In this document: piece after piece, positions 12,844 through 25,725 of the stretch
How positions within the stretch are numbered: position 1 is the first letter of the stretch
Layout: every line of letters begins with the position of its first letter
Assembly: GCF_964213995.1 (NCBI RefSeq)
Contig: NC_135808.1
Coordinates: 24,304,001 to 24,368,000, forward strand
Origin: Mustelus asterias
Lineage: Eukaryota
DNA: 64,000 nt
Reading direction: 5' to 3'
The notes under the pieces: model-generated
Told to the model about the DNA's origin: nothing
What the model saw: the letters and a program-made list of their open reading frames with translations, nothing else
Database searches by the model: none
Made by a program: the position numbers and the translations under genes

Positions 12844-14679
12844 TCCCCTCTGATGTGCAGTGAGCACTGAAGAAGCAGAAATGTAGAAACTAAAAGAGGA
12901 AATGATTAGGAAATAGATTTCAGATGTTTTGAAATTAAAAACCAACGGGCGTCTCATTGAATTCCTAACAGCAAGATAAAAACAACTACTGTTCTTAGAA
13001 ACCAGTATCTTTTGGGGGAGGGACTCTGTTTTAATGAGGAGGTATTTCACGGGTCATTTACTTAATTATGAAAGAATAGTGAATTACTTGTTCCAAACTG
13101 AATGAAGATGTTGATGAGCGTCATTGCAAACATTGCAACACGTCTGGGTGAATCTCCTTTGCGCTCTGCAAATATTCGGCTGAAAACTTTCATCCCTTAC
13201 GTTCATGTCTCAAGATCACAAACTCATGTAAACCCAAAATGTCCAGATCTACTCGTGAAGTGGTGTAAGAAGGAAAAGCTTTAGTGTTGCATACCACATA
13301 ATCTCTCACTCTTTGCTTCCGCTCTGCTCTGGAACTTCAACATTTCGACGCTCGGCTGTTTTTCTTTGCAGCCCCAAGGCACTGCTGGCTTAACTGGGTG
13401 CTGATTTAAAATTGCACCTCTTCCAGCCTCGAGATGATGCTACCAGATTTTTCTCGGACACCCACCTCAAAGAGGTCCTACTTAGCCACTCCCCAACACA
13501 GCACTCAACATCTCTCCTTAAGTATGCTCTTCCCCCCATAAGATCCATGTTCTGCAGCCCTTCTTTGAATGATATATTCCCAGAATATAAAATCTTTCAT
13601 GTTATCTCTACTGCTCCATCTGCAGGTCAAATAAAACATAATAACATTGCCTTGCTTGATTGTGAAACCTTTGCAAGCTGCAAGCATTTTTTCTTCTTCC
13701 CTTTGAAATTTACATCTAAAAATCCAAACCCTTGTTTATCTCCAAATGCAAATTTTTACCCATGGCTTATTTACTTTCGAAAATCAACGTGCCATGCTTA
13801 CTTAATATGCATTGCTTTGATGTCTCAAACTTTATTCACCATGACTACTCAGCATAACTAAATTATGTCCACACATTTATACACAATCCTGTTTCTCAAA
13901 ATAACACAATGAACCCCAAAATTATTAAATACAATACCATCTCTCGTCACACTTACAAAGGGGCATGATCAGTTGGTTTGCAGAAATGAACTCAATCTTG
14001 AACTCAAGGAAGCCTGGTTAAACTGGCTGCTTTTAAAACAAATACATTTGGGATGGGAAAAGGATTCCGCAACGGAAGGGAATCCTTTTGAAATAATGTT
14101 GTTGAGAGTAACCAAGGGTTGAATAAAAGGAACCAATTCATCCTTCCTCAGCCATGAGAATTTTGGTGATATCACTTCCAGAATTTAACTATATTGTGGC
14201 TCATGCCAAGATAGTTCTCACAGACAGAGTGTACCGAATTTGGGAACATCACCCTGGAATGCGTCATAACATAGCATGTCCCAGCATAAAAGCTCTACTC
14301 AAGTCTCCTCTGATATTTCCTCATCTTATTTTTCCCTCTATTCACTTCATATCTTGTCCAGCTTCCGATCTGGACAATTTGTTTTAAGTACTCCCTGTAG
14401 TAGCGAGTCCCACATTCTCACCCCCCTTTGGGTAAAGAAGTATCTTCTGAATACCCCATTGGCTTTCTTGGTGTCTACCTTATTTTTTGGGCTGCTGCAT
14501 CTGATCCTCCTCACAAAAGAAATCTACAATATGAAAACATGTCAGAATTTTAAATGCGTCTATTAGGTTGGACTTCAGCCTCACAATTCTTTTCTGCTTT
14601 GTATCGCAAAACATTTCTAGTCTCATCTTTGCAAATCTTCCCCACATCCACTCCAAAGCCTCTAGCTTATTGTTCTATA

Positions 14680-14947
14680 TGAATTGAGGAGGAACTTCTT
14701 CTCCCAGAGGGTGGTGAATCTCTGGAATTCTCTGCCCACTGAGGTGGTGGAGGCTACCTCGCTGAATATGTTTAAAGCGCGGATGGATGGATTCCTGATC
14801 GGTAAGGGAATTAAGGGTTATGGGGATCAGGCGGGTAAGTGGTACTGATCCACGTCAGATCAGCCATGATCTTATTGAATGGCGGGGCAGGCTCGAGGGG
14901 CTAGATGGCCTACTCCTGCTCCTATTTCTTATGTTCTTATGTTCTTA
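14680..14947 (+). mobile_element. CR1 LINE 3' tail
   Basis: gaggaggaacttcttctcccagagggtggtgaatctctgg...cctactcctgctcctatttcttatgttcttatg. Confidence 0.8.
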
Positions 14948-15859
14948 TATCTTCAACAGGACTATACGCAGCATTCTATGTATTTTTGCATACTTACAAG
15001 TTAGCGTGCACTCCTCACATTTCAAGTCAACTCTCCTGGAAATAAATACGAATGCTTGGTTTGCTTTTGTCCCCCTCAATGCTAATATGCAATGCAACTT
15101 TCAGCAACTGATGCCTTTGATATTCTTTGTTCCTCTACCCCCACTGAGACTTGCATTCTAAAGTAATAAGTGCTCTCCTTATTCTCCCTGCCAGAAAGGT
15201 ACTCGCTGACATTTCTACTGTTGAGCTTCAGTTGCCAATTATTTTCCCATTCTGCAAGTTTATTTCTTTTCTCCTGTATTTTGTCACAACTCTAAATATT
15301 GACTATTTCTACCCCTCAATGTGGTGTTCTACAGGGGGGCTGGGATGAGATGGTGGTGCTGTTGGTGTTAAGGGCCAGGGACATGAGTGGTAGAAGAGTT
15401 TGTTGAACATAAAATGAGGTGGAATTCAGTATAGATCATGTAAATTCCTTCGTTCTCCTCGTCACTTAATGAATTTAATTATTTGAGTAAAGGGATATTT
15501 GACTTTGTTCTTCACTTGCTCTCTGAAATTCATCTGAGTCATGGCATAAATACAAATGTTTGTGCTGCAACTCAGGAGCTGCAGCATAAAACCTATTTCC
15601 CATACAATATCAAACATCAGTGCAGGTTTATGATCTGGAAACCATTCCAACCCATGTGGAATACACCACATATGTGGACCATAATAGGATGAAATTCCCA
15701 GAGACAACAAATAGTACCATGACAAATTTCCTTTAACTCTCCATCTCTGAAACTCTGGGACTCTCCCCATGGTAGGAAGCCTGGAGTATCCTGCAAGTTC
15801 TTCTGGTCAACAAAATATGTCCAACAGTGAAAGCATAGAGCAGCAGAATCAGAAGCAGA

Positions 15860-16707
15860 GTCAGAAGCTACAGAAGGATATAGATAGGCTGGAAATTTGG
15901 GCAAAGAAATGGCAGATGGAGTTCAATCCTGATGAATGCGAAGTGATGCATTTTGGTAGGAACAATGTAGGGAGGAGCTATACGATAAATGGCAGAACCA
16001 TAAAGAGTGTAGATACACAGAGGGACCTGGGTGTGCAAGTCCACAGATCCTTGAAAGTGACGTCACTGGTGGAGAAGGTGGTGAAGAAGGCATATGGCAT
16101 GCTTGCCTTTATAGGACGGGGCATAGAGTATAAAAGTTGGGGTCTGATGTTGCAGATGTATAGAACGTTGGTTCGGCCGCATTTGGAATATTGCGTCCAG
16201 TTCTGGTCGCCACATTACCAGAAGGACGTGGAGGCTTTGGGGAGAGTACAGAGGAGGTTTACCAGGATGTTGCTTGGTATGGAGGGGCTTAGTTATGAGG
16301 AGAGATTGGGTAAACTGGGGTTGTTCTCCCTGGAAAGACGGAGGATGAGGGGAGACTTAATAGAGGTGTATAAAATTATGAAAGGCATAGATAGGGTGAA
16401 CGGTGGGAAGCTTTTCCCCAGGTCAGTGGTGACGTTTACGAGGGGTCATAGATTCAAGGTGAAGGGGGGGAAGGTTAACACAGATATCAGAAGGACATAT
16501 TTTACACAGAGGGTGGTGGGAGCCTGGAATGCGCTGCCAGGCAAGGTGGTGGAGGCGGACACACTGGGAACGTTTAAGACTTATCTAGATAGCCATATGA
16601 ACAGAGTGGGAATGGAGGGATACAAAAGAATGGTCTAGTTTGGACCAGGGAGTTGCACGGGCTTGGAGGGCCGAAGGGCCTGTTCCTGTGCTGTATTGTT
16701 CTTTGTT
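15860..16707 (+). mobile_element. Young CR1 LINE 3' fragment inserted into TM5 of the GPCR pseudogene
   Basis: Open RT C-terminal frame (QKLQKDIDRL...LVRPHLEY...RGDLIEVYK) to 16638; tail tgttctttgtt; host sequence resumes at 16708. Confidence 0.93.
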
Positions 16708-19279
16708 AAATGGAACCACAGGGGTGAGAATGCAGTTCAAGAGCATAATTGTGAACAAGACTGGTGATTCCAGAACACGTCTTTGTACAGAATAAAGGCA
16801 ACGGATGTTCCACAGCTGATTCTTATCCGTTAGCATAAAATACCCCACATAGTATCCTTTAAACAGCTCAGCACTGTCACTGTTCGCAGAGTTGTAGCCG
16901 CAGTTTTCACAGTAACATATTTAAATTTCAGTCTCTTGCAAAAGATGACCACAAATCTATCAAGGGTGAAAGTGGTGGTGAACCAGACAGAACTGTCTGT
17001 GGCTGCATAAAGCAGAAGTTGTGAAGGTTGCACGTCGGGATGGAGTACACAGAAATGAAATGTTTCCTGAAAACAATAGGAACGTGCCTCGGCACCAGGT
17101 TGACAATAACAAGCAGTAGATCTGCCACTGCCATGGCCACCAGATAGCTTGTAACACATCTGGAGAGATTGCACTTTCCCCAAGAAAGGATCACAATTGT
17201 CACTACGTGAGGAAGAGATATAAACAGGGAAAATATATATCAGACTGGGAGCAGAATTACCAGTTTCACTAATTAATGGTTGACATAAAAAATGTGTGAC
17301 TGTGTCCAGTGATCTTTTGATTTATTTTATTCTTTCAGTGGATATGGGTGACACTGGCTTGGCCAGCATTTGTTGTCCATTCTAATTTCCCCTGAACTGA
17401 GTGGTTTGCTCGGCCATTGCACAGAGCTGTTCGGAGTCAACCACATTGTTGTGGGTCTGGAATCACACACAGGCCAGGCCAGGTGAGGATCATTGAATCA
17501 CTACAGCACAGGAGGAGGTCATTTAGCCCATCCTGTCTGCACAAGCTTTCCAAAGGAACCAAAGGGGGATAGCAGATTCAGTTACCTAAAGAACATAAAA
17601 GAAACAGATGGTTTTCTGCAATCAATGACAATTATCATGCTGACCATTACTGAGACTAATTTACATCAGACTTTTGAATGGGCCTATCTTACGTTGAGCT
17701 TTCTCTACACCCCAGCTATGTCTGTAACACCATATTCCACACCCTTTCCTTTCCCCTTTTGTACACTATGAATGGTATGCTTTGTCTGTATAGCACAATA
17801 AACAATACTTTTCACTGTATCATTATGTACGTGACAGTGATAAATCAAATACTGGAGATGTTTGTCAATTGACTTTCACGAATTCTGAAAGTGAGATTTG
17901 AACCTATTCCCTCAGGCCATTAGCCTGGCCTCTGTGCTTCCAGGCCACTGGCATTATCACTGCACTACCACCACTACAAGTGTTTTACTATTTGGTGGGG
18001 TTTTTTTCTAGTCCAAATGACCTATGCTTTCCCTGTGATATGGCATGAATGCACCTCCACATATGATCAGATGAGACATTCCTTAACATTTCACACGAGT
18101 GAAAACGGCAAGTTTTCATCAGAGAACCATATCATGCTGATGCGGCTGCACGAGTTAACCAGACAAAAGACAACATCCAAACACTCACTGATCATCTGCC
18201 CCATGCTTGTGTCATCATGATCTCGTTCACCTTTGGTTCCAACAAGACTATGTTTTAGTACAATTTTCAGGATGTGGATGCCATAGGAAACACCAGCATT
18301 TATTGCCCAATAGTAATTATTGTTAGGGTGTTATGAACAAGGCCTTGTGCATCATCCTTTCCTCAGACTTAACAACACAACACTGGAAGAAGACAGAAAG
18401 TTTTGCTCCCTTCGATGCCTGATGCCAAACAACCTGTCTCTTGTTAAGGTGTTCAACACAGGTATTTATGAGGAACACACACATTGTTTGACTTTAAAAA
18501 TAGACATGCAAAGACCACAAACTGACCCATTGACCAAGGTGGTTATTAACAAGGTTTAAATCCTGTCCTGAACACATCACTGTTTTGCTACGAAGTCTGG
18601 GTGTCTGCCAAGAACTCTCAATAATCTCTGACTTTAATGACAACAAGACATCTTTGGCATTCCATGGAAAGACAAAGACATCTATCAGTCCTTTTTGGGG
18701 GCTCTAATCAAGTGGCAGAACATTCATTGGCTTGGCATGTGCATAGGGTTGAAAATGGCGGTATCACCAAGGATATGATGTACAATGAGGTATCTGTTGC
18801 CACAAGAAGAAAAGTACAGTGGATGATCACATCTGTCCTGGCCAAAGATGAGGTTTGCACTCTCATTATTAATGGCAGGTGGAAGGATGGGGCATGAAGT
18901 CAATATTGTGCTGCATTTGTGGCCACCATATCTACTGGAGAGAGTGAGCACCAACCGATGGAAGCAATCATTAAACGGAAATTAATATTTGGTACGAAGC
19001 AAACGATGTGTAATCACACTTTCTGAAAGAACACATGAAGGTTTGTGCAGACCTATCGTATCACAATGGAAAGAACTGAGCGATGAAGCAAGTCCTAAAG
19101 ATGACAAGAAACATTTGCAGTGAATGAGAGAGGAATGTGGTAGAAGGATACCTGTGAGGCTGGCTGAGAGATTCCCTCATCTCTGACAGGCAGCAGCGAA
19201 TCCAATGCTTCAGGACAATAACAGGAAGAGGGTCCACTGAAAATCATTGGGACTTTTTGTTTTGCAAAGAAATTCACTC

Positions 19280-19622
19280 AGAATCATAGAATCACAGAAT
19301 CCCTACAGTGCAGAATGAAGCCATTCGGCCCATCCCATCTGCACTGACAACAATCCCACCCAGGCATTATTCCCATAATGCCACATAATTACCTTGCTAC
19401 CCCGCCCCCCCCCCTTCCCACCCTCAACACTAGGATCAATTTAGCATGGCCAATCCGCCTAACCTGCACATCTTTGGACCATGGGAGGAAACCAGAGCAT
19501 CCAGAGGAAACATACGCAGACATGGGGAGACCGTGCAAACTCCACACTGACAGAGGCCCGAGTTGAACCCGGGTCCCTGGCGCTGTGAGGCAGCAGTGCC
19601 AACCGCTGTGCCACCGTGCCGC
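19280..19622 (-). mobile_element. HE1-like SINE in the GPCR pseudogene intron
   Basis: Reverse-complement head gcggcacggtggcacagcggttggcactgctgcctcacagcgccagggacccgggttc. Confidence 0.85.
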
Positions 19623-20244
19623 TGGATATTGTTACTCTTGTTACAATATCAACACTTCGAAGCAAAGGGGGAGAAAAGGTAAGGAAAAGGGGGATAAAGT
19701 AGGGGGAAAGACTGGAGGGGGGAAGAAAAATCAAGAAATACGAAGAAACATAATGAATGGCTGGATGTGAAGACTTACCAGGAACAACAATGGCAGCAAG
19801 TAGAGGGTAGTAAATCTTTTCTAAGTCAATGATGAAACAATACACCATCCACTGGTCCATTTCAGTAGAAACACTGATCCCTGTTAGTGTCGGAGGTGCT
19901 GCTCCAGCTGACAATAAGAGACATAGCAAGTTGAGAGCAGCGTCTTATTAACAGAAAAGAGAATCTCTCCAGTGATGCAATCAGTTCCACTGAGACTGCC
20001 ATTAATTACAATACTGAACAAACAAGTTCAGTTAACCGATTTCAGTCTGACACTTATTATCACAGCAAATATTTTGTGAATGGTCCATATGTATAATGCT
20101 TTGAAACATCCAACACTTTCTCAGGTTGAACACAAACCAGAACAATTTTCCAACTTTTTCGGCAGTCACTACAAGACAGTTTTGTCTTGTGAGAGAAAGG
20201 TTTGCTCCTTTGTGTTGAATTCTGTGTTGATCATCGCCTGTTGT

Positions 20245-20797
20245 ATTTGATTTGGTTTGATTTGATTTGATTTATTATTGTCACATGTATTAACATACAG
20301 TGAAAATGATTGTTTCTTGTGTGCTGTACAGATGAAACATATCGTTCATAGAGAAGGAAATGACAGAGTGCAGAATATAGTGTAACAGTCATAGCTCGGG
20401 TGTAGAGAAAGATCAACTTAATGCAAGGTAAATCCATTCAAAAGTCTGCCAGCAGCAGGGAAGAAGCTGTTCTTGAGTCAGTTGGTACGTGACCTCAGAC
20501 TTTCGTAGCTTTTTCCCAATGGAAGAAGGTGGAAGGGAGAATGTCCAGGGTGCAAGGGGTCCTCAATTATGCTTTGCCGAGGCAGTGGGAAGTATAGACA
20601 GAGTCAATGGATGGGAGGCTGGTTTGCGTGATGGATTGGGCTACATTCACGACCTTTTGTAGTTCCTTGCATTCTTGGGCAGAGCAGGAACCATACCAGC
20701 TGTGATACAACCAGAAAGAATGCTTTCTATGGTGCATCTGTCCAAGTTGGTGAGAGTCGTAGCTGACATGCCAATTTTCCTTAGTCTTCTGAGAAAG
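20245..20797 (-). mobile_element. Rex1/Babar-type LINE 3' fragment
   Basis: Reverse complement of the 8296-8881 family, with a (TTTGA)n tail. Confidence 0.75.
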
Positions 20798-20849
20798 GAT
20801 GGTTTCATGGTCCCGATCTAGTGTATTTGTTGCAGGTGATCATGCAATA

Positions 20850-21330
20850 TTCGCTGAGCTCTGCATTGACTGAGTCTTCCCATTGGTCAGATTAACTTTC
20901 TATTTTGCTTGACCTCTTCCTTTACCCTCCAGACAGATAGCCTTCAGAGGTCACGACCATTGGTGATTGATGCATTTGTCACTGTTGCTGTTTTGGCATT
21001 TTCTGTATCATCCCCTGGCTAGTTATACAGAGAGGATGTCTTTGCGTAACATGGTCAAAATTCATCCAATAAACATGGCTATGCCAACACGTGTCATTGA
21101 TTTAGGGTATGCTGATGGAATTTGCACACTCCGGGACCTCGGAGTTGGCAACCTTGCCTTGCCAAGAGATGCTGAGGATATGCCTGAGAGAGTTACGGTC
21201 GAAATGGTCCAGCATTTTGTCCTGCTCAGCACATGTTGTCCAAGCATCATCATTGTATAGGAGGGCACTGAAGACACAGGGTTGGTAGACTTGCAGTTTG
21301 GTGTTCAACATGGAGGAGTCCTGATTCATC
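20850..21330 (-). mobile_element. Degenerate RTE-type LINE fragment
   Basis: LNTKLQVYQPCVFSALLY...WT...LRHILSISWQGKVANSEV resembles the RTE ORF C-terminus. Confidence 0.65.
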
Positions 21331-22554
21331 AGCTGGCGGGGTGGCAGAGGGTATGTGGTAATCACCTGGAGTTACCTTGTCCATGTTTTACCTGATGCCT
21401 TGTGATTTCTTGGGGTCCAAGGTAACTCACTCCATCACTGTGTACCATTGTGCCACCACCTCTGCTGGGTCGGTCATGTCGGTGGGACAGGGCATACCCA
21501 GAAATGGTGATGGTGATGCCTGGGACATAATCGTTAACGTATAATTCTCTGAGTATGAATGTGTCAAGCTGTTGCCTACTAATGAGACAGTTTTCCCAAT
21601 TTTGGAACTGGCCCCGAGATGTTAGTAAGGGGAACTCTGTAGGGTCAATAGGTTTGGGTTTGACGTTGTCATTTCCTTTGTTTCATTCCATTTTCTTGAC
21701 TTTAGCTTACCTTTTTAGAGGGCATTTCTGTAGGTGTGGAGTCCCATGAAGACCAAACCAAGAAGGGATTGCAGATTTTCTTCCCTAAAGGACATTAATG
21801 AACCAGATTTTTTTTTGCGATGATTGATTCATAGTCATCATTCGACTTTTAACTCCAGTTTATTTTTGATGAATACAAATTTCACCATCTGTCAAACTGC
21901 AATTGGAATTTGGATCCCCAGAGCATTACCTCGGGTCTCTGGTTTACTAATGCAGTGACAATGCCACTATGTCTCCACCTTGCCTTGTGGAGCTTCAATA
22001 TATGAAGCTATCAACATCTTCCAGCTTCACATTGTTCATGCCAATAGATAGTGATGCAGCTACTACCTGGACTATGCAATTTGTCTTCGTGATGCTGATG
22101 GTCAAATGATCCCTTCACAGGTGTGACGTAACCTACTCTTTTGCCTCTGAAGTGGTTCCTCGTGTGGAATGCTGGTTCAGTTGCGTTATTAGCGTAGAAC
22201 AACTCTCTGAGGATCTGCTGCAATTTAGAATTGTACCTCAGTGGACAAGGCTGACCAGCTCTCCATCTGCTCTGCTGTGTAAGTATCCAACCTTCATTGA
22301 TGAGCTGAAGTTCTGTCATCTCATGCCATCGCTCAGCATCCCAGCCATTGCTCCACAGAATCACAGAATTGGCAAGGTGCAGAAGGAGGTCATTCAACCT
22401 CTTTTGTTTGCACCAGCTGTCCAGGGGATAGGAATTCTGCAGCAATTAACTCACTTTCTGATTTCCCAAACATGTTTACCATCCGCCAGGCAAAAATTAA
22501 TGCAATATTGTAAATCAGACATCAGCTCAGGCAACTCTCAGAGGGAAGGTATTG

Positions 22555-22780
22555 CAGGGAGAATCTGTCACTGGAATTCAACTGAGTGTGGGTCACGAAC
22601 CAAAGTGGGACACCTGACTCCAGTAATCGTGTATTACTGGAAGTATCTGCTGCTGTAGAATTTTACTGAGTGTGGGTCACTAACTGGAGTGAAATACCTG
22701 AACCCAGTGACCATGTATTACTAAGAGGATCTGTCGCTGTAGAATTGTACCAAGTTTGGGTCACTAACTGCAGTGAAATG
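22555..22780. repeat. Degenerate 84-bp tandem repeat, about 3 copies
   Basis: actgagtgtgggtcac-like anchors at 22581, 22665 and 22749. Confidence 0.7.
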
Positions 22781-23887
22781 CGTTGGTTCTATTTTGGAGT
22801 CCCTGTTTTAGGTGACTGATCTCTCAATCCATGGAACTTTCCCAGCACTTTATGATTGTAAGGCTGGAACAGGAGGGGTGATCTGACTCCTCTCTTCACC
22901 CCACTCCTGTGTGGGTTATACCAGTGTTTGAATTTAAAATTGAGCTGATATTCCCAATTTAATAATATTGTGTAGCTCACGGTAAAAATAACACCAGCCA
23001 GTTTCCTTACTTTAACAAGTAAATGAATTAGTTTTATCACCAAAACTCACTCGGATGAAAATGCAGAAAGGATGAGCAAAATATTTAAAATGTACAAATA
23101 TTGAAGGTGAACTTGGGGCTGGGTACTTCCTGTTTTGTTTAGTATGGCCGGACATGTTTGTGCTTGAACTTTCAACAGAGCTGAAAGCCCTGAGGTTATT
23201 ATGGTAAAGTTGCAGAGGGTGCAGACATGCTGCAGTAATGAGGACATCATCCAGTTTTATCACTACTTTGGAACACTCTGCAATAAACATTCCACCATCT
23301 ACTGGAAATTTGCACAGCCGATGAGGAGCCAAAGTGTAAATGTGCGTACTGGCATCACCCTTTGTGAGTGTTGATAGTAATCGTTCTCGCAGGATCTTCA
23401 CCCAACTCCAGCTTCTGGTAACTGTGACTGAGATCTAACATGATGCACTTAAAGTCCCCTGCCGATTTTGCATCCTGGTCTTCAATTCTCAAAATATGGT
23501 ATCTATCTGTCTGAGCTCCTCAATTTACAGTTAATTTATAATCCCCACGGATCATTAGAGTGTGATCTAGCTTCAAAATAGGATCTATGGGTGCAGCCGA
23601 TTCGGAGAATTCTACAGGCTTGATGAAAACTCAAGTTTTTCAATCTTCTTAACTCCATTTCTAGCTTATGATGGAGTGCATAAGGCACTGGGCGGGCTTG
23701 AAAGAATTTAAGAATTGCCTTGGGGTTCAAATAAATTTTGGCTTCAGCCCCTTTCATTTGCCCCAGTGCTTTCTGGAAAAACTCAGATTATCTGCATAAT
23801 AACTCTTCAAAGCCTCCATCCTGAATATTTAATACGTCCAGCCAGTCTAATTTTATTTGTTTCAACCACTCTTGACCCAGGAGACCA

Positions 23888-24498
23888 GGGTGGCAATCTT
23901 ACCTCCTCACCGTGCTGGCCGATGCGCGAGGTGAACCAGTAAGATCGGAGAGAGCTGAGAAATCATGTTTGAGCTCTCCCAATCTTAGCAACACCAGATA
24001 TCTGGCCTGATCACCCTCAAAGGTGCAAGGCTGAATATTTTATTTAAATTCATGTAAAAGAAATTTTAAATAGAATCAGTGAGCCTGGGACACTATCTTG
24101 CTGGCTCGCTTGCCTCTTTGGTCTCGCTGGGGAAGGTTCCGTCCGGCGAGGATCACATATGGTCCCCCATTAATGGGGCGGGGGTCTCACAATCGGCTGT
24201 GGGGCCCCATGGTGGGCAGATGGCAGGTTCAGGCCACGGAGGCCGACTATAGCAGCAGAGGCACTGACAGAGCACAGAAACCTGCACGCGCACTATGGCG
24301 CCCTCAATTGTTGCTATCAATTGGTTTCCAGGCGATTTAGGCCCTGCCCACTCCCCCTACTGGCAAATTTCAAGTTTGTCAAGATTTGTTTGCCAGAGTG
24401 TGATAAAATTTGACTTTTATGCCCCCCAAATAATGGTGCGAATTTCTCCCATTTTCAAGCTTATTTGGCACTTCAAATGTTTTTGGTAAGATTGGTCC
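23888..24498. mobile_element. Non-autonomous DNA element (MITE-like)
   Basis: Imperfect TIRs gggtggcaatcttacc / ggtaagattggtccc; it interrupts the Gypsy protease-end motif. Confidence 0.5.
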
Positions 24499-24521
24499 CA
24501 AGGTCTGTGACTCTCAATCAT

Positions 24522-25725
24522 TAGAACAAAGAACAAAGAACAATACAGCACGGGAACAGGCCCTTCGGCCCTCCAAGCCCCTGCCGCTCGCTGGTCCAAA
24601 CTAGACCATTCTTTTGTATCCCTCCATTCCCCCTCCATTCATATGGCTATCGAGATAAGTCTTAAACGTTCACAGTGTGGCCGCCTCCACCACCTTGCTT
24701 GGCAGCGCATTCCAGGCCCCCACCACCCTCTGTGTAAAATATGTCCTTCTGATATCTGTGTTAAACCTCCCCCCTTCACCTTGAACCTATGACCCCTCGT
24801 GAACGTCACCACCGACCTGGGGAAAAGCTTCCCACTGTTCACCCGATCTATGCCTTTCATAATTTTATACACCTCTATTAAGTCTCCCCTCGTCCTCCGT
24901 CTTTCCAGGGAGAACAACCCCAGTTTACCCAATCTCTCCTCATAACTAAGCCCCTCCATACCAGGCAACATCCTGGTAAACTTCCTCTGCACTCTCTCCA
25001 AAGCCTCCATGTCTTTCTGGTAGTGTGGCGACCAGAACTGGGCGCAGTATTCCAAATGCGGCCGAACCAACGTTCTATACATCTGCAACATCAGACCCCA
25101 ACTTTTATACTCTATGCCCCGTCCTATAAAGGCAAGCATGCCATATGCCTTCTTCACCACATTCTCCACCTGTGACGTCACCTTCAAGGATCTGTGGACT
25201 TGCACACCCAGGTCCCTCTGCGTATCTACACCCTTTATGGTTCTGCCATTTATCGTATAGCTCCTCCCTACATTATTTCTACCAAAATGCATCACTTCGC
25301 ATTCATCAGGATTGAACTCCATCTGCCATTTCTTTGCCCAAATTTCCAGCCTACCTATATCCTTCTGTAGCCTCTGACAATGCTCCTCACTATCTGCAAG
25401 TCCTGCCAATTTTGTGTCGTCCGCAAACTTGCTGATCACCTTCTTCCAGATCGTTTATATAAATCACAAACAGCAGAGGTCCCAATACAGAGCCCTGCGG
25501 AACACCACGAGTCACAGGCCTTCAGCCGGAAAAAGACCCTTCCACTACCACCCTCTGTCTTCTGTGACCAAGCCAGTTCTCCACCCATCTAGCCACCTCC
25601 CCCTTTTTCCCATGAGATCCAACCTTTTTCACCAGCCTACCATGAGGGACTTTGTCAAACGCTTTACTAAAGTCCATCTAGACGACATCCACGGCCCTTC
25701 CCTCGTCAACCATTTTTGTCACTGA
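24522..25725 (-). mobile_element. Young CR1 LINE 3' fragment with internal deletions
   Basis: 266-aa ORF 24639-25439 ISKFADDTK...LVRPHLEY; tail agaacaaagaacaaagaa. Confidence 0.93.

Larger units (their letters stand above)
15462..19860 (-). pseudogene. GPR139/GPR142-like class A GPCR pseudogene (exon 1 19779-19860; exon 2 15462-17202 interrupted by CR1 15860-16707)
   Basis: Exon 1 MDQWMVYCFIIDLEKIYYPLLAAIVVP ends G|GTAAGT (phase 1); exon 2 after tag| reads TIVILSWGKCNLSRCVTSYLVAMAVADLL...YAATDSSVWFTTTFTLDRFV...LTPVVPF [LINE] LLLILLLYAFTVGHILL...EMES*RK...GNFILLW...GFMLQLLSCSTNICIYAMTQMNFREQVK; at least 3 frameshifts and a TAA at 15733-15735. Confidence 0.85.

Noticed and set aside
12844-13050. 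69-aa N-terminal extension of the CHRM2-like ORF in the ORF track
   Set aside because: It starts at a non-ATG codon and crosses a pyrimidine tract and AG acceptor (12867-12868); muscarinic homology begins at MMANST, so the extension is intron/UTR
15769-16638. 289-aa ORF as a host-LINE fusion gene
   Set aside because: The first 30 codons are antisense GPCR pseudogene sequence fortuitously in frame with a truncated CR1 RT tail that lacks the catalytic core
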